Source: Myxococcota bacterium
Lineage (GTDB): Bacteria; Myxococcota_A; UBA9160; UBA6930
Length of the DNA: 64,000 nt
Direction of reading: 5' to 3'
NCBI GenBank assembly: GCA_965223705.1
Contig: OZ245015.1
Location: 32,001-96,000, forward strand
Below, one piece after another: positions 46,549 through 56,624 of this stretch (its first letter is position 1; every line of letters starts with the position of its first letter). The notes beneath the pieces are model-generated. The model was not told the origin of the DNA. It saw only the letters and a list, made by a program, of their open reading frames with translations, and made no database searches. Position numbers and translations under genes: made by a program.

Positions 46549-47934
46549 ATGCCCGCCGAACCCACTCCTCCGACGACTCCCGCCACGGAATGGAAGGGTG
46601 CGGTGTTCTTCCGCTCCCTGGGTTGCCCGAAGAACCAGCTCGATACCGAAATCATGCTCGGGTCCCTCGCCGCTGCGGGCTACGGAATCGCCGAGCGGAT
46701 CGAAGACGCGGAAATCGCGGTGATCAACACGTGTTCGTTCATCGAGAGCGCGCGCGAAGAGTCGGTCGAGGCGATCCTCGAAGTCGCGGACTTGCGAGAT
46801 GAGGGATCGCTGCGTTCTCTGATTGTCGCCGGCTGCCTCCCCCAGCGTTACGGGGCCGAACTCGCAAAAGAACTGCCCGAGGTCGACGCCTTCATCGGAA
46901 CCGCTGCGTTCCGGGACATCGCTTCAATCCTCGATGAAGCCCTCGCCGGCAACTCTCGCGGAGTCTACGTCGAAGCGGGCCGCACCCACCTCTACGACGA
47001 GAGCGCGCCGCGGGTGCTCTTGGGCGCCGGGCACTCGGCGTACATCAAGATCGCCGAAGGTTGCGATCGCGTCTGCGCCTTCTGCGCGATTCCCGGAATC
47101 CGCGGCGCTTTCCAGAGCCGGAGCCTCGATTCCGTGGTCGCCGAAGCGCGTCAGCTCGCCGAACGCGGCGTTCGGGAGATCAATCTCGTCGCGCAAGATT
47201 CGACGTCGTGGGGCAAAGATTTACCGGCGGTTCCGCAACGCGGCCGGTCGCGCCTCGCCGACTTGCTGCGCGCGCTCGACGACGTACCGGGGCCGGAATG
47301 GATTCGGCTCCTCTACGTCTACCCCACGGCCGTCGATGACGCGCTGATCGACGCGCTCGGCCACGGTCAGCGCGTCTTGCCCTACGTGGATATCCCCCTT
47401 CAGCATGGAAGCGATGCGATGCTTCGGGCGATGCGTCGCGGGACGACGGCAGCGCGGCAACGCGACCTCGTCGCGAAGCTCCGCGACCGGATCCCGGGTT
47501 TGACCCTGCGGACGACGGTCATCGTCGGTTTCCCGGGCGAAACGGATCGCGATTTCGAAGAGCTTCTCGCCTTCGTCGAAGAAAGCCAGTTCGATCGACT
47601 CGGTGTGTTTCGCTATTCGGACGAAGAAGGTACCGCCGCCGAACGTCTCCCGAACAAGGTGCCGCGCGCCGTGGCGCGCGAGCGCTATCGCCGTCTCACC
47701 GCGTGCCAGCAAGACATCATGAAACGCCGGTTGTCGACGGAAGTCGGCCGGCAAGACCTGGTGTTGGTCGATTCCGTGCTCGGCCGCGAACGCGCGATCG
47801 GGCGGTTGGCGTCTCAGGCGCCCGAGATCGACGGCGTCGTGCACCTGACAACGAAGACGACGGCACAAGTCGGCGAACTCCGACCGGTCCGCATCACAGG
47901 TGTCCGCGACGTCGATCTCGTAGCCTCTGGCTAG
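46549..47934 (+). CDS. rimO: Ribosomal protein S12 methylthiotransferase
   Basis: SLGCPKN..D.E, NTC.FI..A..ES, GCL.QRY, radical [21 protein letters not shown] domain. Confidence 0.96.
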   Translation: MPAEPTPPTTPATEWKGAVFFRSLGCPKNQLDTEIMLGSLAAAGYGIAERIEDAEIAVINTCSFIESAREESVEAILEVADLRDEGSLRSLIVAGCLPQRYGAELAKELPEVDAFIGTAAFRDIASILDEALAGNSRGVYVEAGRTHLYDESAPRVLLGAGHSAYIKIAEGCDRVCAFCAIPGIRGAFQSRSLDSVVAEARQLAERGVREINLVAQDSTSWGKDLPAVPQRGRSRLADLLRALDDVPGPEWIRLLYVYPTAVDDALIDALGHGQRVLPYVDIPLQHGSDAMLRAMRRGTTAARQRDLVAKLRDRIPGLTLRTTVIVGFPGETDRDFEELLAFVEESQFDRLGVFRYSDEEGTAAERLPNKVPRAVARERYRRLTACQQDIMKRRLSTEVGRQDLVLVDSVLGRERAIGRLASQAPEIDGVVHLTTKTTAQVGELRPVRITGVRDVDLVASG

Positions 47935-48560
47935 CCGCGCTCGCCGCCGGTGAAGCCGCGCGCCAATAAATACCGCTCGGACGATCCTTTCCGCGTGGCG
48001 CGGACATTGACCACCTTGCAAGAACTGAAGCTCGCTTGTAGCGATTTGCGGATGCCCTCCGCTTCCGGACAGTCGAGCAGCTTGAGGAGCAAGTCGCCGC
48101 CCGGACAGAGGACGAGCGGCACAAGCGCGGTGATGCTTTGCAAGAGCGCTTCTTCCCGCGCGCGGTCGGTGGCGCGGACGCCGGTGGTCTTCGGCGCGGC
48201 GTCGGACAACACGACCTGCGCGGCCCCTCCCAGGGCCTCTCGCAACCTCGCGGGTGTCTCCGGCGCTGCGAGATCTCCCACCAGCGTTGTGACCTGCGTT
48301 TCCTCGAGAGGCGGCTCGACTTCCGCCTGATCGATACCCACGACCCTGCCGCGAGCCCCGACAACCCGCGCGGCGATCTGGAGCCAACCGCCGGGCCAGC
48401 AACCGAGGTCGAGCACGCGCTGTCCCGGTCGGAGCAGGCGACGCGTTTTCTGGATCTCTTCGAGCTTGTAGGCCGCGCGAGAGCGATAACCCTCGCGCTT
48501 CGCGCGCTGATGAAACGCGTCTTTGCGGTTGTAACCCGCGGGTTTACCGTGCCGCGACAG
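47931..48560 (-). CDS. rlmE: 23S rRNA Um2552 2'-O-methyltransferase (start codon uncertain)
   Basis: In-frame D.F...AK.EGYRSRAAYKL upstream of DLGCWPGGW; LSD.AP, LLK and SSE.Y give the K-D-K-E tetrad. 48560 is a candidate CTG start. Confidence 0.88.
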   Translation of the reverse strand: MSRHGKPAGYNRKDAFHQRAKREGYRSRAAYKLEEIQKTRRLLRPGQRVLDLGCWPGGWLQIAARVVGARGRVVGIDQAEVEPPLEETQVTTLVGDLAAPETPARLREALGGAAQVVLSDAAPKTTGVRATDRAREEALLQSITALVPLVLCPGGDLLLKLLDCPEAEGIRKSLQASFSSCKVVNVRATRKGSSERYLLARGFTGGERG

Positions 48561-48577
48561 CGGCTTGCGGCCTGCGG

Positions 48578-49219
48578 CTACCGTGCCGCGACAGCGGAAC
48601 GAACGCAGACGAGGCCGTTCGGGTGGCCCGGAACCGCCCCGCGGACGAGGAGCAGATTGCGGTCCGCCTCGACAGCGACGATTTCCAGGTTGCGCACGGT
48701 CACTTGGCTCGCGCCCATGCGACCGAACATGCCCATCCCTTTGATGACCTTGCCCGGGTAGGCGCCGGCGCCGATGGAACCGCCGTGGCGAAACGACTCG
48801 TGCGTTCCATGGGTCTTGCGTTTCACCGCGAAGTTATGCCGTTTGACCGTGCCCGCCGTTCCGCGGCCCCGCGACGTGCCGATGGCGTCGATCTTCTGAC
48901 CGGGCGAAAAGACATCGGCGGTGATCTCTTGGCCGACCTCGTAGCCCGACAGCTCGTCCTCCGAAACGCGGCACTCGCGTACGAATCGCTTCGGCGACGT
49001 GCCAGCTTTTTCGAAGTGACCGAGCTGACCTTTGCCGAGGGTCTTGGCGCGCCGTTCCCCGAAACCCAACTGGACGGCGTTGTAGCCGTCTTTGTCGGCG
49101 GTCTTGGTCTGTAGCACCGTGTTCGGTCCTGCTTCGAGGACCGTGACCGGAATGCTTTGCCCATCTTCGCTGTAGTAACGGGTCATGCCGACCTTGCGGC
49201 AGAGGAGTTCGATCGCCAC
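48578..49219 (-). CDS. rplC: 50S ribosomal protein L3
   Basis: K.GMT, PVTV, DGY.AVQ, S.GRG..G..KRH.F, GSIG....PG.V.KG..M.G.MG, GAVPG. Confidence 0.97.
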   Translation of the reverse strand: MAIELLCRKVGMTRYYSEDGQSIPVTVLEAGPNTVLQTKTADKDGYNAVQLGFGERRAKTLGKGQLGHFEKAGTSPKRFVRECRVSEDELSGYEVGQEITADVFSPGQKIDAIGTSRGRGTAGTVKRHNFAVKRKTHGTHESFRHGGSIGAGAYPGKVIKGMGMFGRMGASQVTVRNLEIVAVEADRNLLLVRGAVPGHPNGLVCVRSAVAAR

Positions 49220-49307
49220 GCTTCTCTCCGACGTTGCGACGCGCTGAGGCGACGCGGACGGCAGGTGTTGCCTTGAGGACCCGCGAGGGTAGGAGGAATC
49301 CAGGAAC

Positions 49308-50312
49308 GTGTCGAGTCATCGTGTAACCCTGATCCAGGGCGACGGAATCGGGCCCGAAGTCACCGGGGCCGCGGTCCAGGTACTCGAGGCCGCAGGCGTC
49401 CGCATCGAATGGGAATCCGTCGAAGCCGGCGCCGAGGTGGTCTCCAAATACGGGACTCCGGTCCCCGATACCGTCCTGAACTCGATTCGGGGGACGGAGG
49501 CGACCCTGAAAGGCCCCATCGGAACCCCCATCGGCGGCGGCTTCCGCAGCGCGAACGTCCACCTCCGCCAGGCCCTCGATCTGTACGCCTGCGTCCGGCC
49601 CGTGAAGAACATCGTCGGCGTCCCGAGCCGGTACGACAATGTCGACCTGGTCGTGGTTCGAGAGAACACCGAAGGCCTGTATTCCGGGCTCGAGCATCGC
49701 GTGGCGCCGGGGATCGTCGAGAGCTTGAAGATCGTGACAGAGAAAGCGTGCCTGCGAATCGCTCGCTACGCGTTCGAGCTCGCACGGCGCGAAAAACGAG
49801 CGGAGGTCTGTGCCGTCCACAAGGCGAACATCATGAAGCTGTCCGACGGCCTCTTTCTCGAGTGCACCCGCCGGGTCGCGAAAGATTTCCCGGATGTGGA
49901 ATACCGCGAGATGATCATTGACGCTTGCGCGATGCAACTCGTTCGAAACCCACAACAGTTTTCCGTCCTCGTGCTGGAGAACCTCTACGGCGACATCATG
50001 TCCGACTTGTGCGCGGGCCTCGTGGGCGGGCTCGGTGTCGTGCCCGGGTCCAACATGGGGGAAGACTGCGCGGTGTTCGAGGCCGTGCACGGCAGCGCGC
50101 CGGATATCGCAGGACGCGGATTGGCGAACCCGACGGCGGTCATCCTGTCCGGAGTCCAGATGCTTCACTTCCTCGGCGAAAGCGATGCGGCGACGCGCGT
50201 CGAGAAAGCGGTCCACGCCGCACTGGCCAAACCGGAAAACCGCACCCGCGACATCGGCGGCGAAGCCGACTTGCGCGGGATTACGGACGGCATCATCGCC
50301 GAGCTGACCTAG
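49308..50312 (+). CDS. Isocitrate/isopropylmalate dehydrogenase family (NAD-dependent IDH-like)
   Basis: GDGIGPEV, LKGP..TP, RENTEGLY, HKANIMK, NLYGDIMSDL, EAVHGSAPDIAG. Confidence 0.92.
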   Translation: MSSHRVTLIQGDGIGPEVTGAAVQVLEAAGVRIEWESVEAGAEVVSKYGTPVPDTVLNSIRGTEATLKGPIGTPIGGGFRSANVHLRQALDLYACVRPVKNIVGVPSRYDNVDLVVVRENTEGLYSGLEHRVAPGIVESLKIVTEKACLRIARYAFELARREKRAEVCAVHKANIMKLSDGLFLECTRRVAKDFPDVEYREMIIDACAMQLVRNPQQFSVLVLENLYGDIMSDLCAGLVGGLGVVPGSNMGEDCAVFEAVHGSAPDIAGRGLANPTAVILSGVQMLHFLGESDAATRVEKAVHAALAKPENRTRDIGGEADLRGITDGIIAELT

Positions 50313-50331
50313 AGACGGGGCGACCCTCCCG

Positions 50332-53300
50332 ATGACCCGAGAACTCTTGGCGCTGCTGTCGCAGATCGCCGGACGAGAGGGTCCCGTCACGGTGTCCGGC
50401 CTGCGCGGCAGTGCTCGGGCGTTGCTGGCCCTCGAGCTCGTCGCGCGGGAGAACCCGAACGCGCTCCTCTTCATCACGCCGAGCAGCAAAGATGGCGACC
50501 CGGTGCGAGACGACCTCGCCAGTTTCATGGGCCACCTGCTCCCCACTGGCGACATCGCCCCCGACGCGCCGCTTCGCGTGTTCCCGCGCCACGACGTCGG
50601 TCCGTATGACCGCTTCTCTCCGCAACCGTTCGTCACGGCGTCTCGAACCGAAGTGCTCCATCGCTTGTTGCGGTTGACCGAGGCGCCGCCGCGTGAAACA
50701 CCGGTGATCTTGGCGCCGTTCACGGCGCTCTTCGCCCGAGTTCCCGGGCGCGATCTCCTCGCGCGCCACACGATCTGCGTCGAGCGAAACGAAGACGTCG
50801 ACCGAGACGAACTCCTCGAACGACTCATTCGAGCGGGCTACGCGCGCCAGCCCGTCGTCGAAGACGCGGGCGAAGTCGCCGTGCGCGGCGGGATCATCGA
50901 CGTCTTTCCGCCTCACGCCGCGCGCGCGCTGCGTTTCGAATTCTTCGGCGATGAAATCGAATCGATTCGCGAGATGGACCCGGCGAGTCAACGTTCCGGG
51001 GCGCACCACGAGCGAGCGGTAATCCCACCCGCGCGCGAGCTTCTCGGCGATCGAGAGTGGATCATCGAACGCGGCGATGACATTCGCGCGCTGGGAGCCC
51101 GCCGCGGCCTTCCGGAGTCCGAGGCGGATGTCGCGATCGATGCGCTGTTGCGGGGCCACATCCCGCCGGGCGCTGAATCCCTCGCGGACCTCCTCCAACC
51201 GAGTCTCGACTCGTTCTTCGACTACCTGCCGCCGAAGACCCTCATCGTGATGGACGAACCCGCGCGGATCGCCGAACACGCCGCCGAATTTCGCTCCGAG
51301 ATCGAGGAAAATTTTGAGGCCGCGGTAAGCGGCGGCCGCTTGGTTTCCGACCCCGACGCGTTGTACCTGACGGAAGAAGAGGTTCTCTCGCGAATCGAGG
51401 AGCGAAACAGCGTGGTCTTCGATCGGCTGGGCGTCTCGGCCGATGCTTCAGAGCTTCGGTGTGAAGCTCGAGTTCACGGCCACGAAGAACTCTCGGCGGC
51501 GCTCAAGCTGGCTCGACGCGCGGAGCGCGCCCTCGTTCCACTGGTGGAGGCGGTCAGTCGATTCGAATCCGACGGGCTTCGCGTGTCACTATGCGCCGCG
51601 ACGCTGTCCGGAGCGACGCGACTCGGCAAACTCCTCGGTGAATACGGCTACGACCTCGAACCCGTCCGCAATAGCGCCCCGGTATCCGACTGGGCGCCTT
51701 CGGGTCTCGAACTGCGCGTCGCGAAGTTGTCGAGCGGCTTCTCGTTTCCCATCGCCCAACGCGCCATCGTCACCGAAGAAGAGATCTTCGGCGTGCGAGA
51801 GAAGCGGAGGCGCGGCGCCGCCACGAAACGCTTGGGCGACGCGCCCGAGCTCGCCGACTTGACGAATGGCGATTGGCTCGTCCACGCCGAACACGGCATC
51901 GGCATCTACCGCGGCCTCGTTCCGTTGACGCTCGGTGCGCTCACGGGCGAATTCCTCCGTATCGAGTACGAGGGCGGCGACCGGCTGTTCCTGCCCGTCC
52001 ATCGGCTGAACTTGGTCCAGCGATACGTCGGGGCCGATGGCAGCGCACCGAAAATCGACCGGCTCGGCGGCGTCACCTGGGAGAAGACGAAGCGACGCGT
52101 CAAGAAATCGGTTCTCAAGCTCGCCGGCGAACTGGTCTCGTTGCAGGCCAAGCGCGAGCTCGCTCGGGGTTTCGCGTTTTCTTCTCGAGACGCAACCCAA
52201 ACAGAATTCGAAGCGGGGTTCCCCTTCGAAGAAACGCCGGATCAGCTCGCGGCAATCGAGGACACCCTCGAAGACATGGCACGACAGCGCCCGATGGACC
52301 GGCTCGTTTGCGGCGACGTCGGCTACGGGAAAACCGAAGTCGCGATTCGGGGAACGTTTCGTGCGGTGATGGACGGAAAGCAGGTCGCCGTACTGGTTCC
52401 GACGACAGTCCTGTGCCAGCAGCACTTCGAAACATTCCGCAAGCGCTTCGAGGGATACCCCGTGGTCGTGGAATCGCTTTCGCGCTTCCGTTCCGCGAAA
52501 GAAGTCCGCGGAGTCTTAGAAGGCTTGGCGTCGGGGAGAGTCGACGTGGTCGTCGGCACGCACCGCCTGCTGCAAAAAGGCATCGCGTTTCGCGATCTGG
52601 GCCTTCTCGTCGTCGACGAAGAACATCGCTTTGGCGTGACACACAAGGAACGGATCAAACAGCTACGGACGGCGGTCGACGTGCTGACACTCACCGCGAC
52701 ACCGATTCCGAGAACGCTACAGATGGCCTTTTCGGGCCTCCGCGACCTCTCGGTGATTCAGACGCCGCCCCCGGATCGCTTGTCGATCCGGACCCAAGTC
52801 GCGCGCTTCGACGAAGTGCTGATCCGCGAGGCGATCTTGCGCGAAGTGCGTCGCGGCGGTCAGGCTTTCTTCGTGCACAACCGCGTGCACTCGATCGAGG
52901 CGATCGCTGAGCTACTGCGGCGGATCATGCCGGAGGTCCGCATCATCGTGGCCCACGGACAGATGCGAGAACGCGACCTCGAAGATCGGATGCTCGCGTT
53001 CGCGCGGGGCGAAGCGGACGTGCTGCTGTGCACGACCATCGTCGAGAGTGGACTCGATCTCCCGAACGCGAACACGATGTTGATCGACCGTGCCGACGCG
53101 ATGGGTTTGGCGCAGCTCTACCAGCTGCGGGGCCGAATCGGCCGCAGCGGACGCAGGGCTTACGCGTACTTGTTGGTTCCGGGCGAGGATGCCCTGACGG
53201 AAGATGCGACGCGACGACTCGAAGCGATCCGGGATCTATCGGAGCTCGGCAGCGGGTTTCGTCTGGCCAATCTCGACCTCGAAATTCGCGGCGCGGGAAA

Positions 53301-53847
53301 CCTCCTCGGCCCCGAGCAGTCGGGCAACATGGGCGCGGTCGGGTACGAAACCTACATGGGTCTCCTCGAAGAGACTGTAGAGGAGCTGCGCGGCCAAGCG
53401 CGTCCTGTGGAGATTGATCCCGAGATTCGCTTGCCGGTGACCGCACAGTTTCCCGAGCGCTACGTCGAAGACGTGGGACAACGCCTGGTCCTCTACAAGC
53501 GGCTCGCGAGCGCCCCCGACAGCGACGCGATTGCCGAACTTCGGGACGAGCTCCTCGATCGTTACGGGCCGCTTCCCGACGAGGCCGCGAACCTCATTCG
53601 CGTCGTCGAGCTCAAGATCTGTGCGCGCGACGCGGGGATCGCGTGTGTAGATTTCGGCGGCGGTGAACTCTTCCTGACGCCGGACGACCATGGCCGTATC
53701 GATCCCACGCGACTCCTACGACGCATCGAGGATCCGAAGGATCCGCTGCGCATGACGCGCGACCAGAAGCTCTCCATGCGCGTCGATTGCAAACCCGGTC
53801 CCGAACTCTTCGAGTTGGCAAGAGACCTGATTCGAGGCCTCCTCTAG
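50332..53847 (+). CDS. mfd: Transcription-repair coupling factor
   Basis: VH..HGIG.Y RID domain, GDVGYGKTE, DEEHRFGV, TATPIPRT, QLRGRIGR, DLEIRGAGN, TRCF C-terminus. Confidence 0.98.
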   Translation: MTRELLALLSQIAGREGPVTVSGLRGSARALLALELVARENPNALLFITPSSKDGDPVRDDLASFMGHLLPTGDIAPDAPLRVFPRHDVGPYDRFSPQPFVTASRTEVLHRLLRLTEAPPRETPVILAPFTALFARVPGRDLLARHTICVERNEDVDRDELLERLIRAGYARQPVVEDAGEVAVRGGIIDVFPPHAARALRFEFFGDEIESIREMDPASQRSGAHHERAVIPPARELLGDREWIIERGDDIRALGARRGLPESEADVAIDALLRGHIPPGAESLADLLQPSLDSFFDYLPPKTLIVMDEPARIAEHAAEFRSEIEENFEAAVSGGRLVSDPDALYLTEEEVLSRIEERNSVVFDRLGVSADASELRCEARVHGHEELSAALKLARRAERALVPLVEAVSRFESDGLRVSLCAATLSGATRLGKLLGEYGYDLEPVRNSAPVSDWAPSGLELRVAKLSSGFSFPIAQRAIVTEEEIFGVREKRRRGAATKRLGDAPELADLTNGDWLVHAEHGIGIYRGLVPLTLGALTGEFLRIEYEGGDRLFLPVHRLNLVQRYVGADGSAPKIDRLGGVTWEKTKRRVKKSVLKLAGELVSLQAKRELARGFAFSSRDATQTEFEAGFPFEETPDQLAAIEDTLEDMARQRPMDRLVCGDVGYGKTEVAIRGTFRAVMDGKQVAVLVPTTVLCQQHFETFRKRFEGYPVVVESLSRFRSAKEVRGVLEGLASGRVDVVVGTHRLLQKGIAFRDLGLLVVDEEHRFGVTHKERIKQLRTAVDVLTLTATPIPRTLQMAFSGLRDLSVIQTPPPDRLSIRTQVARFDEVLIREAILREVRRGGQAFFVHNRVHSIEAIAELLRRIMPEVRIIVAHGQMRERDLEDRMLAFARGEADVLLCTTIVESGLDLPNANTMLIDRADAMGLAQLYQLRGRIGRSGRRAYAYLLVPGEDALTEDATRRLEAIRDLSELGSGFRLANLDLEIRGAGNLLGPEQSGNMGAVGYETYMGLLEETVEELRGQARPVEIDPEIRLPVTAQFPERYVEDVGQRLVLYKRLASAPDSDAIAELRDELLDRYGPLPDEAANLIRVVELKICARDAGIACVDFGGGELFLTPDDHGRIDPTRLLRRIEDPKDPLRMTRDQKLSMRVDCKPGPELFELARDLIRGLL

Positions 53848-53892
53848 CGGCATGTCTTGTGGTGGCGCGACCACATGCTATCCCGAAAGCGT

Positions 53893-55527
53893 ATGAACGA
53901 GGCGAACCCTGCCGCCGAAGTAGCCGGAGCGATCGACGCACGCGAGCGAAACGCCGCTCTTCACGCGCTCGAGGACGAAGTCTTTGATTGCGTCGTCATC
54001 GGCGGCGGCATGACGGGTGCCGGCATCGCGTGGCAGGGCGCGGCGCGGGGCTTGCGCGTGGCGTTGCTCGAAGCTGCTGATTTCGGAGAAGGCACGTCGA
54101 GCCGTTCGACAAAGTTGATTCACGGCGGTTTGCGCTATCTCGCCCAGGGCGACATCGGGTTGGTGCGAAGCACGGCGCGCGAACGCAAGGTCGTGCACCG
54201 ATTGGCTCGGCACCTGGCGCAACCGCGTTGGCTGATCGTACCCGCCGAAAATCGCCGAGCGCTGTGGAAACTCCGCATCGGCGTCGGCCTGTACGAACGC
54301 TTGGGAGCGGTACCGGCGCGTCATCGGCATCAACGCTGGAACCGACGGGACCTCGCGAGGGAGGAGCCCGCGCTGAGTCCGGCACCGCCCTTCGCGTGCG
54401 TCTACCGAGAGTACGCCACGCACGACGCGCGCCTGGTGGTCTCCGTACTGCGCGCGGCGAAAGCCCACGGCGCCGTCGTCGCGAGCCGGCTGCGCGCGAC
54501 GGAGCTCTTGCTGTCCGGTGAACGCGCTGCCGGGATTTTCGCGCGTTGTGGCGAGACCGGTGCCGAGATTCGCGTGCGTGCTCGCGTCGTGATCAACGCC
54601 GCCGGCCCTTGGGTCGACGCCGTCAGGCGTCTCGAGCAGCCCGGAAGCCGCCCGCGGCTCCATCTTTCGAAAGGGATCCACTTGGGGATCCACCGAGAAC
54701 GCTTGCCGCTTCGTCACATGGCGCTGCTCGACGCCCCCGACGGACGCCGCGTCTTCGCCGTCCCGGCTGGCGATGTCACGTACGTCGGAACCACGGACAC
54801 GACGCACGCTGGCGAGCCGGAGCTGTGGCCCACGGTGCATCGATCCGACGTCGACTACCTACTCGCCACGCTGCGCGAGCGCGTCCCCGACGCTGGCATC
54901 GGCGAAGACGACATCGTGAGCACGTGGGCGGGGCTTCGGCCCTTGATCGCGCAACCTGGCAAAGGGCCGAGCGAAATCTCCCGCAAGGATGAGACGTGGG
55001 TCGGGGCCCGAAACGTGATCCATATCGCAGGCGGAAAGCTCACCGGCTTCCGACCCATGGCCTTGCGTGCACTTCGGCTCGCTTGCAGCCAACTCGAGCG
55101 GCGATTCGAAGACATCCCGGACGCGCCGCTACCGGGCGGTGACTTCACCGGCAGCGTCGACGCGTTGGCCGGACGTCTGCGCCACGGAAAGTCCCTCCCG
55201 GCCCCGGAAGCCAGGAGACTCGCGGGGCTATACGGCACGGAAGCGGGTGCGGTGCGCGCACTCGGCGAGGAGCGAGTCTCCCCCGAAACCTGGCTGCTGC
55301 GCGGCGAAGTCGCGTGGGCGGTGTGCGTCGAGGGCGCTCGAACGACAGCGGACTTCTTGTACCGGCGAACCGGCGCCGCGCTACTCGAGCCGCAAGCGCG
55401 GCGTCACGCGGTGAAGCCGGTTGCGACCCAGCTCGGTGCACTGCTCGGCAGGAGCCCCGATCGCGTCGACGAGGATATCGCCGCGACCGAGGCGCGCCTC
55501 GCCGCAGATCTCACGTTCACCGACTGA
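53893..55527 (+). CDS. glpD: FAD-dependent glycerol-3-phosphate dehydrogenase/oxidase
   Basis: IGGG.TG, GTSSRSTKLIHGGLRYL, DARL, NAAGPW.D, GTTD, AGLRPL, GGKLT. Confidence 0.88.
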   Translation: MNEANPAAEVAGAIDARERNAALHALEDEVFDCVVIGGGMTGAGIAWQGAARGLRVALLEAADFGEGTSSRSTKLIHGGLRYLAQGDIGLVRSTARERKVVHRLARHLAQPRWLIVPAENRRALWKLRIGVGLYERLGAVPARHRHQRWNRRDLAREEPALSPAPPFACVYREYATHDARLVVSVLRAAKAHGAVVASRLRATELLLSGERAAGIFARCGETGAEIRVRARVVINAAGPWVDAVRRLEQPGSRPRLHLSKGIHLGIHRERLPLRHMALLDAPDGRRVFAVPAGDVTYVGTTDTTHAGEPELWPTVHRSDVDYLLATLRERVPDAGIGEDDIVSTWAGLRPLIAQPGKGPSEISRKDETWVGARNVIHIAGGKLTGFRPMALRALRLACSQLERRFEDIPDAPLPGGDFTGSVDALAGRLRHGKSLPAPEARRLAGLYGTEAGAVRALGEERVSPETWLLRGEVAWAVCVEGARTTADFLYRRTGAALLEPQARRHAVKPVATQLGALLGRSPDRVDEDIAATEARLAADLTFTD

Positions 55528-55535
55528 AGGGCGCG

Positions 55536-56144
55536 TTACATCACGGACAGTCGGGCGTGCGCGATCGCGTCACCCATCCGATCGTTTCCCCAGAAGAGCT
55601 CGTCTCCGACGCGAAAACTCGGCGCGCCGAAAATTCCCATGTCGCGGGCTTGCTCTGTCGCCTCGCGCAACATGGCTTTCACGGGATCGCCGCCCGCCTC
55701 CTCGACCAGTGCTTCTCCGGGTTGATCCAGAGCGCCGAGGATGCCCCCGATCACGTCGGGGGACGCGATATCGCGGTCGTGCGCGAAGTTCGCGGCGTAC
55801 ACCGCTCGCGCGAATGCGGGCAGCCACGGCGCATCCCGGTGTGCGCAAGCGATACGAGCCGGCAAGAGCCCATTGCGCGGGAACACGCTCGGTCGCGCGA
55901 AGGCCAAACCGTACCCCTCGCACAACCGCTCCATATCCCGCCACATGTACGCACCCTTCTCGGGGGAGAGATTAAAGGGGGAGTCATCCCACCCTTGGGC
56001 TTTGAAGATCGGGCCGAGCAAGAACGGTCGCCAGTGGATTCGAACCCCTGCGGCTTGGCACGCGGCTTCGATTCGCGACGCGGTGAGGTAGGAGTACGTA
56101 CTCCCGAACTCGAACCAGAATTCGATGTCGAGGGGTGTCGCCAA
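55536..56144 (-). CDS. 2-hydroxychromene-2-carboxylate isomerase (DsbA/GST-kappa family)
   Basis: TTG with AGGAGG RBS; FWFEFGSTYSY, W.PFLLG, GIFGAPSF, FWGNDR. Confidence 0.9.
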   Translation of the reverse strand: MATPLDIEFWFEFGSTYSYLTASRIEAACQAAGVRIHWRPFLLGPIFKAQGWDDSPFNLSPEKGAYMWRDMERLCEGYGLAFARPSVFPRNGLLPARIACAHRDAPWLPAFARAVYAANFAHDRDIASPDVIGGILGALDQPGEALVEEAGGDPVKAMLREATEQARDMGIFGAPSFRVGDELFWGNDRMGDAIAHARLSVM

Positions 56145-56155
56145 AGTTCTTCCTC

Positions 56156-56557
56156 CTATTCGAGTCTCGCGATATACGCGCCGGCTTCGTTGCGTGTGAA
56201 CGCCTCGCGATCCCAGGGCGTTTCCGTGAGAACACCGGCCCGCTCTTCGGGAATGACGTACGCCCACGCAATCGATCGGCCGCGTTGTACCCGCCAGATG
56301 GGAATTTCGCGACGCTCGTATTCCGAACCTTCGAAAGCATCGAGCCTCGCTAAGTGCTCCCGATCGAGGCCCTCGTACACGCGGCCGGTCGTCACCCGGC
56401 CCGGATGAGGTGTCATCCCGGGATAGACGCGCCGTCGCAGTAGCGCGCGCCGGAAATCGGGAGCGAAAGCCGGGCTATAGGCCTTTCGCACGCCGGCCAC
56501 CGAGTAGAAAACTTCGGGCAACTCGAGCGTTCCGTAGACAAACAGCGCGAACGACAC
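56156..56557 (-). CDS. Gamma-glutamylcyclotransferase (AIG2-like) family protein
   Basis: FVYGTL, YPG, LD.FEG..Y.R, A..YV. Confidence 0.88.
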   Translation of the reverse strand: MSFALFVYGTLELPEVFYSVAGVRKAYSPAFAPDFRRALLRRRVYPGMTPHPGRVTTGRVYEGLDREHLARLDAFEGSEYERREIPIWRVQRGRSIAWAYVIPEERAGVLTETPWDREAFTRNEAGAYIARLE

Positions 56558-56624
56558 AGAACCTTTCTGCACAGGCGATGCGAGCAGCGCGGACGTCGCG
56601 AGACGTTTCTGCAACACTGCCGAC

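Noticed and set aside
48834..50828. 664-aa minus-strand ORF, and similar long ORFs at 11742-13247, 36604-37935, 38695-40089 and 3857-5641
   Set aside because: They overlap well-supported genes in antisense or shifted frames, are Arg/Ala/Pro-rich and have no motifs. These are typical high-GC shadow ORFs.
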